In this document: in pieces, positions 43,146-53,825 of the stretch | How positions within the stretch are numbered: the stretch's first letter is position 1 | Layout: each line of letters starts with the position of its first letter | Assembly: GCA_963845065.1 (NCBI GenBank) | Contig: CAWJQQ010000008.1 | Coordinates: 1 to 64,000 of the forward strand | Direction: 5' to 3' | Length of the DNA: 64,000 bases | Origin: Nitrospirota bacterium | Lineage (GTDB): Bacteria > Nitrospirota > UBA9217 | Made by a program: the position numbers and the translations under genes | The notes under the pieces: generated by a model | Told to the model about the DNA's origin: nothing | The model's database searches: none | The model's input: only the letters and a program-made list of their open reading frames with translations

Positions 43146-43958
43146 ATGGCATTAGAAAAAAAAATTGCATTCTTGGGCGGCGGGAACATGGCAGAGGCAC
43201 TTATTAGGGGAATGATCGTATCTGGCACGTCAAAACCGGAGAATATCCTGGCTGCCGATGTTTCAACGGAGCGCCTTGAGCATCTCCAGAAGAACTATAG
43301 GGTCATTATTCAAAAAAAAAATAATGATGCAGTGCGCGAGGCAGGCATCATAATCCTGAGTGTGAAGCCACAGGTGATCGAGAAAGTTCTGGCAGAGATT
43401 GCCCCTGTTGTTGATGACAAGAAGCTCATTATTTCCATTGCTGCCGGCGTTTCCCTAGCCAAGATTGAGAATGCGCTCAAAAAAGGTTCCCGCGTTGTGA
43501 GGGTGATGCCGAATACTCCAGCGCTCGTTCTTGCGGGCGTGGCCGCACTCACTAGAGGGAACAGCGCAACGAATGAAGATGTTTCGTTCGCTAAGGTTAT
43601 ATTTGACTCAGTGGGACGGTCTGTAGTTGTGGACGAGAAACTTATGGACGCGGTGACTGGCCTGTCTGGAAGCGGGCCTGCATATGTGTTTATGATCATC
43701 GACGCACTCTCCGATGCTGGCGTCAAAGTGGGGCTTCCCCGCCAGCTGGCTCTCGAACTCGCTGCTCAGACAGTTTACGGATCGGCAAAAATGGTACTTG
43801 AGACGAAAGAGCACCCTGCCAAACTTCGTGACATGGTGACCTCTCCCGGAGGTACGACGATAGAGGGGCTCCATGCTCTGGAGAAAGGGAAACTCAGAGC
43901 TACGTTGATGAACGCGGTAGAGGCGGCAACGGCAAGGAGCAAGGAGCTGGGAAACTGA
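43146..43958 (+). CDS. proC: Pyrroline-5-carboxylate reductase
   Basis: GGGNM, RVMPNTP, TGLSGSGPAY, VTSPGGTT. Confidence 0.97.
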   Translation: MALEKKIAFLGGGNMAEALIRGMIVSGTSKPENILAADVSTERLEHLQKNYRVIIQKKNNDAVREAGIIILSVKPQVIEKVLAEIAPVVDDKKLIISIAAGVSLAKIENALKKGSRVVRVMPNTPALVLAGVAALTRGNSATNEDVSFAKVIFDSVGRSVVVDEKLMDAVTGLSGSGPAYVFMIIDALSDAGVKVGLPRQLALELAAQTVYGSAKMVLETKEHPAKLRDMVTSPGGTTIEGLHALEKGKLRATLMNAVEAATARSKELGN

Positions 43959-44403
43959 CCTACTTCATGCTTGAAGGCAGGGGGGTTCAAAGGCGGTATC
44001 GGCAAGCACTTCGGTATCAAATTTAAGTTGCCGATCTTAATTGTCGTTGATCCAATTTAAGGGGCATTAATTTTGCCTCAGGTCCGCAGGCCAAAGCCGA
44101 TAGATGGAATCATATCATTACGCTGCTTGATATTGCAATCTCGACATCGCCCCTTCTTGGAGCAGGCATGCCCCCGGCCGGACTTAATCAGTCCGGCGAT
44201 TTCGAGGATAGACAAAAATTTTACCTGGTGATTTTCGTACAGGAACCACATATCTTTGGATTTCAAAGAGCATATGATAATTACACCGCGATGACATAAA
44301 AATCAACTGTACAGCAATTCATCCCCATGGCTAAAATCCAGGGGCTTTCTTGCTGTTAAAGCGTCGGTAAAAATGAATGTCGAATTGCATTGTAGGAGGA
44401 ACG

Positions 44404-44700
44404 ATGTTCGTATTCGGAAACGTTATACTCGGGATTGCCAAGGTGCTTGATGTGTTGCTGAACATCTATATGTGGGTCATCATTATACGGGCGCTCATTT
44501 CTTGGGTGAACCCCGATCCCTATAATCCGATTGTGCAATTCCTGCAGCGTGCTACGGAGCCGGCCTTGCGTCCGCTGCGGAAACTTGTGCCGCCTTACAG
44601 GCTTGGGATCGATCTATCACCGCTCATCGCGATCCTCATCATTATGTTCCTACAGTTTGCTCTCATCAATACCCTGTATCGCATCGGCCATTCGATGTGA
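44404..44700 (+). CDS. yggT: YggT family membrane protein
   Basis: ISWVNPDPYNPIVQFL..ATEP, IDLSPL; AGGAGG RBS. Confidence 0.92.
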   Translation: MFVFGNVILGIAKVLDVLLNIYMWVIIIRALISWVNPDPYNPIVQFLQRATEPALRPLRKLVPPYRLGIDLSPLIAILIIMFLQFALINTLYRIGHSM

Positions 44701-44736
44701 TAGCCATCGGCAATGTCCGAGACTGGGGAGGCAATC

Positions 44737-45228
44737 ATGAGCAATGGGTTAAAAATAACGCCACTCGACATCCAGCAGAAGCGGTTTCATATCGGATTCC
44801 GCGGTTATGACCGCACGGAAGTCGAGATGTTTCTCGATCTCGTAAGGGATGAAATGGAGTCGCTCGTGCGTGAGGTGGCGGATCTGCGGGAGTTTCGACA
44901 GTCCTACGAACAGAGATTGCGCGAACTGACCGGGAAGGAAGAGACAGTCAAGAACACGCTGCTGATGACGCAAAGGTTGATCGAAGAGCTGAGGGACGGC
45001 GCTAAGAAAGAGGCGGCTCTCATCGTCAAGGACGCCGAGATCCGGAGTCATCAGATCATTAACAATACCCAACAAGAAAAGTTTCGACTCGAGACGGAGA
45101 ACCAGGAACTGAAGCGCCGTAAATACCACTTCCTCCAAGACATGAAGAAAGTAATCCAGATGCATCTGGAAATGGTCAATTTCGAGGAGGGTGGCGATGA
45201 AGTCAAAGAAGAGCCCGCCCCGGAATAA
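44737..45228 (+). CDS. divIVA: DivIVA domain protein
   Basis: ITPLDIQQKRF..GFRGYDRTEVEMFL and coiled coil. Confidence 0.9.
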   Translation: MSNGLKITPLDIQQKRFHIGFRGYDRTEVEMFLDLVRDEMESLVREVADLREFRQSYEQRLRELTGKEETVKNTLLMTQRLIEELRDGAKKEAALIVKDAEIRSHQIINNTQQEKFRLETENQELKRRKYHFLQDMKKVIQMHLEMVNFEEGGDEVKEEPAPE

Positions 45229-45511
45229 AGCACAAGAAGCATCGGTCACCTTCTCGATACGGATCCAACCCCGGGCATCTAAAAACGAGATCATGAGGAT
45301 GGAAGACGGCAGTGCCAAGATAAGACTCATTGCACCGCCGGTCGACGGAGCGGCCAATGAAGCGCTGGTGAAGTTCCTTGCCGATCAATTCGATATTAGC
45401 CGGTCCCATGTTGAAATCGTTTCTGGCCATTCTTCTAGAGACAAGATCGTGCGGATTGAGGGTGTCGGGAATGGTGAGGTGGAAAGGCTGTTGAATAGCA
45501 AGCAAAAATAA
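45197..45511 (+). CDS. DUF167 (YggU) family protein
   Basis: IQPRAS, APPVDGAAN, SGHSSRDK. Confidence 0.88.
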   Translation: MKSKKSPPRNKAQEASVTFSIRIQPRASKNEIMRMEDGSAKIRLIAPPVDGAANEALVKFLADQFDISRSHVEIVSGHSSRDKIVRIEGVGNGEVERLLNSKQK

Positions 45512-45627
45512 AGTATATTGTACATGGTATCGGAAAGCACTAAGTTTGTCCAAAAAAGCTTAAGAGTGATAAGATTCTAGGATCGAAGAATCGAGCCGTG
45601 CTAATCTGTGGTTCAATCTGACGAAAA

Positions 45628-45978
45628 GGGGGCGACAGGCTTCGACGGAGATCAAGAGGTCAGGAGTTGCATGCCGAGGTGCCATGGGGCTCGTAAAACA
45701 CATGGTAAATAACAACTGCCAATAACGAACTGGCACTCGCTGCCTAATCTAGGCTAGCGCGTCTCCCGGCTGGTGCCTGAACAGCTGACGAGACGTCAAA
45801 AAACAGGCTGGTCTTCCCGACGCCGTCCGGGGCGGGAGGATGAGAAAAACCGGGCTGGCCGATTCCGGAGCTTTCCCTGAGGCGCCGGATGAGGCGAGAA
45901 TTAAATGAGGGGAAAAGCATGTATGAGCTTCTGGTTGAAGGTTTTCGGACGCGGGTTCAATTCCCGCCGCCTCCACCA
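45628..45978 (+). ncRNA. ssrA: tmRNA
   Basis: 5' GGGGGCGACAGGCTTCGACGG, tag frame ANNELALAA-stop at 45718-45747, 3' GACGCGGGTTCAATTCCCGCCGCCTCCACCA. Confidence 0.97.
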
Positions 45979-46050
45979 GTTAAGTAATTGAAAAATAAGG
46001 ATTTTTTAGTAGTTTTGTAAATTTACTGAAAAAAATTTGTACTGGATTTA

Positions 46051-46083
46051 AGGCTGATTTCGAATGAGATCAGCCCTTTTTTT
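46051..46083 (+). terminator. Intrinsic terminator after tmRNA
   Basis: GGCTGATTTC-GAAT-GAGATCAGCC followed by T run. Confidence 0.75.
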
Positions 46084-46261
46084 CGACAATACAACGGGTA
46101 TGATTAAATGACAAAGAAGATTTTTTGGATAGAAATATCGGTAAGACGTTAGATTTTATTAGACTGGTTGCCGCGGAACCATCGCTTGCGGTATTGATGA
46201 TAGGGCGTGGAACAAACTTTTTAAATGGAAGATACCAATGCCATAGTACAGCCAATATCAT

Positions 46262-46365
46262 TGCTTTTGACTAATAAATTCAAATTGAAGTGTGCAATTA
46301 TTTCGATTCATAATAACTCGTGGCCTTCATCCTGTAGTCTACAACTGCGACCGTTTGACAAGATG
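46262..46365 (-). repeat. Dispersed non-coding repeat, diverged copy E
   Basis: Minus strand CTTGTCAAACGG..TTGTAGACTACAGGATGAAGGCC...TTTGAATTTATTAGTCAA resembles copies at 51.5, 53.5, 62.7 and 63.6 kb. Confidence 0.45.
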
Positions 46366-46749
46366 TGCAACTTTGAAATTGAATAGTACAAAGACAATCA
46401 CTTATTAAAGTAATTTATCACTCATGGCGCAAAGCCTATGATCTCTCCCCGGGAACTCGTAAAAGATATGACTTCTTCGAGGTCGCTTTCCATGATCTCT
46501 TCTGCAAACATGACCAGTTTTATGTCCAATGCTTCTCATTTTGAAGAAGAATATAGGAGATTCGATACTGCACGTAGTTAATCATCAGACCCATCACCAG
46601 GGCATGATCTCCGTTTATTTCGATATGCCGAAGATAGACAATGATTTCAGCGGGCTGTTGCAACTCGTCTAAAGACAAATTCTCCCGCCCACCCCCTGGC
46701 ATTCTTGATCGCCATGTTCTGGTAATCTGCAATCAACCGCAGCTTCAGC

Positions 46750-48171
46750 TCACTTTATCGGCGGTATATACGGGATATACTGCGCAAAGAGCCAGCACAG
46801 GAAAAAAACGACCGGTATGTGTATAAACATCTGAAGCGTAGTGTATCCTACGAGGTCACGCGCCTTGATCTGCAGAATGCCGAGAAGCGGCAGCATCCAG
46901 AAGGGATTCAGGAGGTTCGGAATCGCCTCAGCTGCATTATAGACCTGCACGACCCAGCCCAGATTGACCTGATGCCCGATAGCCGCCTGCAGTATATAGG
47001 GCGCTTCAATGACCCATTTGCTTCCTCCCGACGGAATGAATACACCCAGAAGCGACGAATAAATCGCCACCAGGAGAGGATACGTCCCTTTGGTCGTAAT
47101 GGCGACAAAAAGATCGGCCAGCCATTTGGTGATGCCCGTTCCGGCGATCATCCCGAATATCACGGCATAGAATGGGAACTGGATCAAGACACCGCCGGTT
47201 GACGGTACGGACTGGCTTACAGCGCGCAGAAATCTTTTGGGTCTCCAATGCAGCAGCATCCCCAGAGTTATGAAGATCAGATTGTACGTATTCAGGTCAA
47301 GGGCGGCAAGAGCTCCAGTCGGGGATTTCTCGAATACGTCGACGAGATACCATACGAAGAGTGCCGCGATCAGGACGGTCAGAATGGGGCTGTATTCGAG
47401 CCATTCACCTGGCTTCTGCCTGGGTTCGAGGCTCATGTCGACGGGCTCGAACTTGATGCCGAAATCCTCCGCAGTCTTTGCATTTTCCGGTGAGGGGGCG
47501 GACCAGTATGCAACGGCCGTGGAAACAAATATCAGGGTCAGGGCCATCAACAAACTCGGCCACATGAAAAGGGTCTGGGTGAGCGGTATCAGGCCGCTGA
47601 TCTCGAAAAGCTTCGGAGGGATGGCCCCTTTTGTGGCCATCATAAGTGCTGCCGACGAGGATAGCCCGAGTGCCCACACGGCGCCGAGGCCAAGGTATGC
47701 TGCCGCGCCAGCCGCACGATAGTCCATGCCTTTCACCCGATGAGACAGTTCCCGGACCAGAAGACCACTGAAAATAAGGCTGAATCCCCAGGAGATGAGA
47801 GACGTTACCATTGAGAAAACCGCGACATAGGCAACGGCACCGCGGCCGGTTTTCGGTACCGAAGCAAGCAGCTGAACTAACCGGAATATGGGCGGAGAGG
47901 TCGCAACAACAAACCCGCCGATAATTATCATCGCCATCTGCATGGTAAAGGGGATCAGCACCCAGAAGGATTTGCCGCCTTCAAGGGCCATCTTTGCCGG
48001 ACTTTCGCCTATCAGAAGGCCAAAACAAAAAACAACGACGATGCCAAGAAGCGCGAACATCAATGCATCGGGGAACCATTTCTCGCTCCATTCCGCAAGC
48101 CGGAGCCCCGTTTTCTCCAGTAGTAACACTTTTTGCTCAGTTCCTGTTGCTTCGTACTTTTCCTTTGCCAT
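46750..48171 (-). CDS. atoE: Short-chain fatty acid transporter (AtoE / TIGR00366 family)
   Basis: FTMQMA, GLSSSAAL, IQFPFYA, FIPSGGSKW, NLLNPFWMLPLL. Confidence 0.9.
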   Translation of the reverse strand: MAKEKYEATGTEQKVLLLEKTGLRLAEWSEKWFPDALMFALLGIVVVFCFGLLIGESPAKMALEGGKSFWVLIPFTMQMAMIIIGGFVVATSPPIFRLVQLLASVPKTGRGAVAYVAVFSMVTSLISWGFSLIFSGLLVRELSHRVKGMDYRAAGAAAYLGLGAVWALGLSSSAALMMATKGAIPPKLFEISGLIPLTQTLFMWPSLLMALTLIFVSTAVAYWSAPSPENAKTAEDFGIKFEPVDMSLEPRQKPGEWLEYSPILTVLIAALFVWYLVDVFEKSPTGALAALDLNTYNLIFITLGMLLHWRPKRFLRAVSQSVPSTGGVLIQFPFYAVIFGMIAGTGITKWLADLFVAITTKGTYPLLVAIYSSLLGVFIPSGGSKWVIEAPYILQAAIGHQVNLGWVVQVYNAAEAIPNLLNPFWMLPLLGILQIKARDLVGYTTLQMFIHIPVVFFLCWLFAQYIPYIPPIK

Positions 48172-48463
48172 GGTACTCCTCCTTTCGAATGGACTCACAT
48201 ACAGATGCCGTATGGTATCCGATTGAATTGAATCTTCCCGCAGCAGCAGGGCTTTACCACTCTCTAATTATAACTCCTTTCATAGTCCTCTATTAAAATT
48301 ATACTCCGATGCATCATTCCGTCAGAGAAGGAGGAGGATATCCTGCAGTTGATTATGGCATGCTGACTACGATATAATAAATATATAAAGATGCATCATA
48401 TTCATGGTGAAATCAGCTGCACAGGAGCGCTATCTGACTTCCGATCGGTCGAAAGAAAGGGCC

Positions 48464-50413
48464 TTGGCACAACTGCTCTGGCAACCCTCAGCAGAGCGGA
48501 TAAAGAATGCCAACATGACCAGATTCATGCAGTTCGTGAACCGCCGCTACAACAAGCGCTATACCGACTACTTTGATCTCTATGACTGGTCGATCAATTA
48601 TTTGAGTGACTTTTGGTCCTCTGTCTGGGATTTTGTCGAGATCAAGGCTTCCCGTCAGTATGAAAAGGCCGTGACTGACTTGAATAAATTTCCCGGGACC
48701 GAGTGGTTTCCCGGTGCGAAGCTGAATTTTGCAGAAAACCTTTTGCGGTTCAGGGATGACCAAGCGGCATTTGTTTTTAAATCCGAAACCCGTCCATCGG
48801 TAAGCATCACCTATGCAGAGCTATATAAATCCGTTGCCCGTCTTACCGGCGCTTTAAGGAAACAGGAGGTAACAAGGAAAGACCGCGTTGCAGCGTATAT
48901 GCCGAACATGACCGAAACGGCCGCCGCTATGCTTGCCGCGACCAGTATAGGAGCTGCCTGGGCAGCCTGCGGATCAGAGCTGCGGGTACAGGCGGTCATT
49001 GACAGGCTGGGCCAGATACAGCCTAAGGTCCTGTTCACTGTCGACGGGTATCGCTACAAGGACAGGACGTTTACGATGCTGCCCGACGTGAAGGCCGTGG
49101 TGGAAGCCATCCCGTCAATAGAGAAAGTCATTGTTCTTCCGTACATCGGAGCGCCCGGCATAGGCGCCGTACCTCGATCAACGCTCTACGAAGATTTTCT
49201 CTCAAAGGACGAAGAGATCGCATTCGAGCAGGTCCCTTTCGATCATCCCGTGTACATCATGTTTTCCTCGGGCACCACGGGCAAACCGAAGTGCATCGTC
49301 CAGGGTGTCGGCGGGATACTAATCAACCACCTGAAGGAGCTTATTCTCCACGCCGATTTGAAAAGAGATGACAGGATCATCTATTTGACGGCGCCCACGT
49401 GGATGATGTGGAACTGGCTCGTGAGCGCGCTCGCAGCCGGTTCAACGATCATCCTCTACGACGGAAATCCCGTTTATCCTGACGTAGGTGCGATGTGGAG
49501 ACTGATAGATGAGGAACAGATCACCTTCTTCGGGACGAGCGCAACGTATATTAATCTGTTGAAGCGCGAAAACTTCCGCCCGAAGGAACGCTTCGACCTC
49601 TCTTCTCTCAAGACGATAGGTCAGACCGGCTCCCCCCTGTCTGCGGACGGGTTCGCCTTTGTGTATCAGGCGATCAAAGAAGACGTCCATTTTAATTCTC
49701 TCTCCGGAGGCACGGATATCAACGGTTGTTTTGTCCTCGGCTCTCCCATCCTCCCTGTATTTGCAGGGCAATTGCAGTCCGCCGCGCTCGGCATGAAAAT
49801 AAAAGCCTATGATGAAAAAGGAACGCCTGTGTATGATAAAAAAGCGGAGCTCGTGTGCGAAGCTCCGGCCCCTTCCATGCCTCTTTATTTTTTAAACGAT
49901 CCCGAGGGTGGAAAGTATCTGACCGCCTATTTCCACAATTATTCCCATGTATGGCGCCATGGAGATTACATAGAGTATCACAGCGACACGCGCGGCATCA
50001 CCTTCCTCGGGCGTTCTGATGCCGTACTGAAACCCTCAGGCGTCCGCATAGGCACGTCGGAGATTTACAATATTGTCGAGACATTTCATGAAATAGCCGA
50101 TTGCGTGGCCGTGGGGCAGAACCGGGGAAATGACCAGAGGATCTTGCTTTTTGTAAAACTTACCCCGGGCTCGACTCTTACCGATGAGCTCAAGGAAAGG
50201 ATTAAAAAGGCGCTAAGGGAAAGGGAGTCGGCCCGGCATGCGCCGGATTTAATCCTCGAAGCGCCCGACATCCCGTACACCTTCAGCATGAAGAAAGTGG
50301 AAAGCGCCGTATCCAACATTATCAACGGTAGGCCTGTTTCGAATCGGGAGGCCTTGATCAACCCTCATTCACTCGATTACTTTGAGCAGATACTTCCTGA
50401 TCTTCAAAAGTAA
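48464..50413 (+). CDS. Acetoacetate-CoA ligase
   Basis: LWQPS, WFPGAKLNFAENLL, MFSSGTTGKPKC, WMMWNW, SGGTD, WRHGD, GRSDAVL; probable TTG start 48464 (ORF track 48404). Confidence 0.92.
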   Translation: MAQLLWQPSAERIKNANMTRFMQFVNRRYNKRYTDYFDLYDWSINYLSDFWSSVWDFVEIKASRQYEKAVTDLNKFPGTEWFPGAKLNFAENLLRFRDDQAAFVFKSETRPSVSITYAELYKSVARLTGALRKQEVTRKDRVAAYMPNMTETAAAMLAATSIGAAWAACGSELRVQAVIDRLGQIQPKVLFTVDGYRYKDRTFTMLPDVKAVVEAIPSIEKVIVLPYIGAPGIGAVPRSTLYEDFLSKDEEIAFEQVPFDHPVYIMFSSGTTGKPKCIVQGVGGILINHLKELILHADLKRDDRIIYLTAPTWMMWNWLVSALAAGSTIILYDGNPVYPDVGAMWRLIDEEQITFFGTSATYINLLKRENFRPKERFDLSSLKTIGQTGSPLSADGFAFVYQAIKEDVHFNSLSGGTDINGCFVLGSPILPVFAGQLQSAALGMKIKAYDEKGTPVYDKKAELVCEAPAPSMPLYFLNDPEGGKYLTAYFHNYSHVWRHGDYIEYHSDTRGITFLGRSDAVLKPSGVRIGTSEIYNIVETFHEIADCVAVGQNRGNDQRILLFVKLTPGSTLTDELKERIKKALRERESARHAPDLILEAPDIPYTFSMKKVESAVSNIINGRPVSNREALINPHSLDYFEQILPDLQK

Positions 50414-50440
50414 AGAGACGATGTCTGAATAGGAGGATGT

Positions 50441-50917
50441 ATGGATAATGCTGTCGTGTATGTATCCCGTGTACGCATAGAACGGGAGAAAGGCCCGATT
50501 CGAAAAGCATGGCTGCCTGCGGAAGAGGAGCCCATCGTCTTCGGCGTTCACTCGGAAGTTGCCGAACATTATAAGGTCGATCCGGCAAAAAACGAGCCTC
50601 ACGCCACAACGCTCGATTATGTCGTTGCTGCCGCGGCGGGCTGACTGACCGGCACCCTGGGCGGCGCGCTGGAGGCGCGCGGAATATCCGCAGATGGCGG
50701 AAGACTCATTTCAGAAGCACGGGGCGAAATCGCGCTGGACGGCAAGACTCTTGTAATCAAGCGGATCCATGTGCAGTATCGTCTGAAGCTCAAGCCGACT
50801 GATCGGGAAATCGCGGAACGGGTGCATGGATTCCATAAGGAGCATTGCCCCTTGGCGAGGACCATCGGCGGCTGCGTGGAGATAACGACTTCGCTCGAGA
50901 TGGTCGATATCGGGTGA
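50441..50917 (+). CDS. OsmC-family protein with in-frame UGA (probable selenoprotein), 158 aa
   Basis: ...DYVVAAAAG-UGA(50642-50644)-LTGTLGGALEARG...HKEHCPLARTIGG...; frame stays open 90 codons past the UGA; AGGAGG RBS. Confidence 0.82.
50664..50680 (+). promoter_or_regulatory. Candidate bacterial SECIS hairpin
   Basis: GCGCGC-TGGAG-GCGCGC stem-loop starting 19 nt after the UGA, G-rich apical loop. Confidence 0.6.
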
Positions 50918-51498
50918 TTGGTCCGATACTGTTCACAAAACCTTGTTGTTACTTTATTGATCATCACCGGATAAAACGATTCAGGCGATTTTATGTTGGA
51001 AAAAGATGTTCAATTTATGACTGGGCGCGGCAGGAACTTTCTTTGGCCTCCCAAGCATCGGCACTCGCCTGACGGATTTTCCTGATTGCTGTCGCTGTCG
51101 ACTCAATGTTTATCAGCGTTGGAAGCCATGCCTCAGAAACCAGGGGTACCAAAGTTTTATACTGATTGCGCAAGGTTTCAGCTGTTAATAAGCGCGGTGT
51201 TCCCGGCGTGAAAGTTATTCTAAGGGCAAAAGAAAATCCGCAACGTGGAATAAATGCCTTTATTTTTTTATAATAGCCAACGCAATTGCCAAACCCACTG
51301 CTGATGCGCACTTCATGCAAGACATAGTGCGTTGGTTTGCAATATTATTATTAGTGCTATTCATTGTTCCTTTTATTCGTCGGAAAGAACGCTGACTATT
51401 TCATTATACGTGCGATATTTTCTGAAGATTTACCACGTTTTTTTATTTAGCAAACGCTTCGAATGGATCGATGAAAATTGCTCCCTGGAACGGAGAGT

Positions 51499-51615
51499 TC
51501 ATATGCATTTTTCACCTAGAATTCTGCATTGAATTTTTGTCAACACGACTGCAAGCTTGTAGGTGAAGGTCGGATGGCCAGAATTTTTAGCAAGGTGAAG
51601 ACTTCTGTTTGAATT
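51499..51615 (+). repeat. Dispersed non-coding repeat, copy A
   Basis: GAATTTTTGTCAACACGACTGCAAGCTTGTAGGTG (51531) matches 62705 at 33/35; similarity extends upstream to TCATATG. Confidence 0.85.
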
Positions 51616-51860
51616 ATGAACATAATGATATGGTTTTTCTGGCAACAAGAACTTTCAGAAGTTGATGAATTGCACTTCATTAAAAAATATCAATTTAATT
51701 TACATTCTGTATTTATTGACCTAACAAAAATACCATTCTTTATCCTTCCTATATTATTTGATTTACGATATACTTTTTTACCAAAAAAAGTAATCACTTT
51801 TCTCTAGAGCAATCGTCATAATAGAATATAAGTTTATTGCAATGAATTATCGAGGACTTC

Positions 51861-53381
51861 ATGCCTTTCTGTCCAAATCCTAGTTGCAAACATAGACAAC
51901 GCTTAGGAAAACCAGCTGAGTTTTTAAAGGGAACAACAACGTGCTCTGACTGCGGTAGCACGTTGTCAGATACTCTTCCACTTTTTATTAATACTGTCAG
52001 TGTGCCAGAAAAAATAGTTGGATGGACATGTCCAGCATGTTTTTCAATCAATCATAACGATATATCACTATGCTCATCATGTGGCTATGACTCTAACAAA
52101 CCCTTCAAAGGTTTTATCGATTTACTCGCAGCGAAGAATATGCCAGGATTTGTGAAACCGCCCGATAATTTATCAGTTGATAAGATTGATTTTCCAAAAG
52201 TAAATTATTGGACTATTACAGATATTGCTCTAGGAATTTCAATTCTTCTGATCTTGAAATTAATTTTCTTAGTATTTCAGAATGCAGATGCTTTACGTTA
52301 TAGGCCATGGCTTTCAACACATATCTCGTTTTCTCTTGAGTTAGTGATGCTGTGTTCTCTTTTTGCATACTCCATTCATATTTGTAAAAAACGAGAATAT
52401 TGGCCATTAGTTCATTCACTACAATTAGCTAAGCTGGCAAGAGAATTACTTAAAGGCCTCCTATATATATTTCTCATGGGTTTGTTTATAGGACCTGTCA
52501 TAATATTAGTTAAGTATTTATTTAAGATTAATCAAACCACAGCACCTCTCGTACAATTTACCCAAAATGATCCGAACAGTTATTTAACCATACCCCTACT
52601 GATTATAGCCATTAGCATCGGTCCAATTGTAGAGGAATTCTTTTTCAGAGGATTTCTCTTTAATGCACTAAAATCTCGTCTTCCAATATGGATAGCGGTT
52701 TTCGTGCAGGCAATATTGTTTTCTGCTATGCATAATGATGATATGATGCATAGCTTTGGAGTCTTTCTTTTCGGTATCGCTTTAGCCATAATCTATGAAC
52801 ATAAGAAAGACCTTCTCTCACCAATCGTTGTTCATAGTCTCGGTAATGCTTTATTGGTAATACCATTGCTAATATTGGCCATTCAGAATCACCACGTGTC
52901 TTCCACAACTTGGGATGAAGCTCAAATGAATCCTTCATGGATGTCACAACCAAATGAAGGTTTGCTGCAACAAAAAGATGGTCAGAGTCAAGTGCAGTTT
53001 GCAATTGATACATGGGGCAGCAAGGGGAAAAGGCAATGGAAGAAGGAAGTGATGGCGTTCAATGCCGTTCTAAATTATTTCCCGAATGATCGTGCAGCTT
53101 GTGCGAAGGCGATGAATGGCATCGTGGAAATTTATGCTGAACACCTGCGAGACTACAGAAGGGCGATTGTAAAAGCTGACATAATCCTATCGCAATATTC
53201 AGACCAGCGTGACCAACTTTCGCATGCTTTATTGGAAAAAGCTTACGCATTCATGATGTTGAAAGATTTCGATAATGCTAGAAAATCATATCAGACAGTT
53301 CTCAACGAGTTTCATGATTACCAAAAAAACGTTGACGTGGCAATAGCTGGAATTAAATGGATCGATTACTTGGAGAAATAA
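51861..53381 (+). CDS. CPBP/CAAX (Abi) intramembrane protease with N-terminal zinc ribbons and C-terminal TPR
   Basis: CPNPSC..CSDC, WTCPACFSIN..CSSC, EEFFFRG, FSAMH, HSLGN, C-terminal TPR-like helices; AT-rich. Confidence 0.85.
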   Translation: MPFCPNPSCKHRQRLGKPAEFLKGTTTCSDCGSTLSDTLPLFINTVSVPEKIVGWTCPACFSINHNDISLCSSCGYDSNKPFKGFIDLLAAKNMPGFVKPPDNLSVDKIDFPKVNYWTITDIALGISILLILKLIFLVFQNADALRYRPWLSTHISFSLELVMLCSLFAYSIHICKKREYWPLVHSLQLAKLARELLKGLLYIFLMGLFIGPVIILVKYLFKINQTTAPLVQFTQNDPNSYLTIPLLIIAISIGPIVEEFFFRGFLFNALKSRLPIWIAVFVQAILFSAMHNDDMMHSFGVFLFGIALAIIYEHKKDLLSPIVVHSLGNALLVIPLLILAIQNHHVSSTTWDEAQMNPSWMSQPNEGLLQQKDGQSQVQFAIDTWGSKGKRQWKKEVMAFNAVLNYFPNDRAACAKAMNGIVEIYAEHLRDYRRAIVKADIILSQYSDQRDQLSHALLEKAYAFMMLKDFDNARKSYQTVLNEFHDYQKNVDVAIAGIKWIDYLEK

Positions 53382-53510
53382 ATAGAAAGAGTGCTCATTA
53401 TAAACATGTAGCCGTAATGAGATTACAATGCAAGACGGTCTCACCAGGGTTGGTTTTTTTTGCAGTGCATGATGCAATCGGTATTTATGGCCCTCGTCAC
53501 AAAATCAGCA

Positions 53511-53730
53511 GTGCAGACTTGTAGGTGTAGGTCAGAGAGCCATAATCGCCAGGAAGATGAAGAATTTTTTTTGAAGTTTTCAGTCAATTGTCCATACTAT
53601 ACTAAACGTTAGTTGCATCTTTTGAAAAATGTAGTTTTCATTTCAGAGCTATTACAGCTGCCCCAAAAATCCCCATTAGACGTCTTATTTCAATTTCGTT
53701 GACATTAAGCTGAATCAGGCATATCTTCGT
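53511..53730 (+). repeat. Dispersed non-coding repeat, copy C, ending in a sigma-70-like promoter
   Basis: GTGCAGACTTGTAGGTGTAGGTC...TTTGAAGTTTTCAGTCAATTGT...TTGACA(53699)-N17-TATCTT. Confidence 0.7.
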
Positions 53731-53825
53731 AAAAGAGCTACTGTTGCTCAATCCAGTTGTTGGGCTCATCACTTGACGGTTAACTTATATGCTGCGGGCA
53801 TTTCGCACGCCTGATGTGGAATAGC

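Noticed and set aside
43959..44400. Gap between proC and yggT with short ORFs
   Set aside because: Possibly a decayed gene but no recognisable motif
45749..45976. 75 aa minus-strand ORF MEAAGIEPAS
   Set aside because: Antisense reading of the tmRNA 3' end
50441..50644. Stand-alone 67 aa protein
   Set aside because: Frame continues past UGA with the rest of the OsmC domain
50920..51498. Short ORFs 51015..51320 and 51332..51532, possible riboswitch
   Set aside because: No RBS or family motif, and no GEMM-type consensus found
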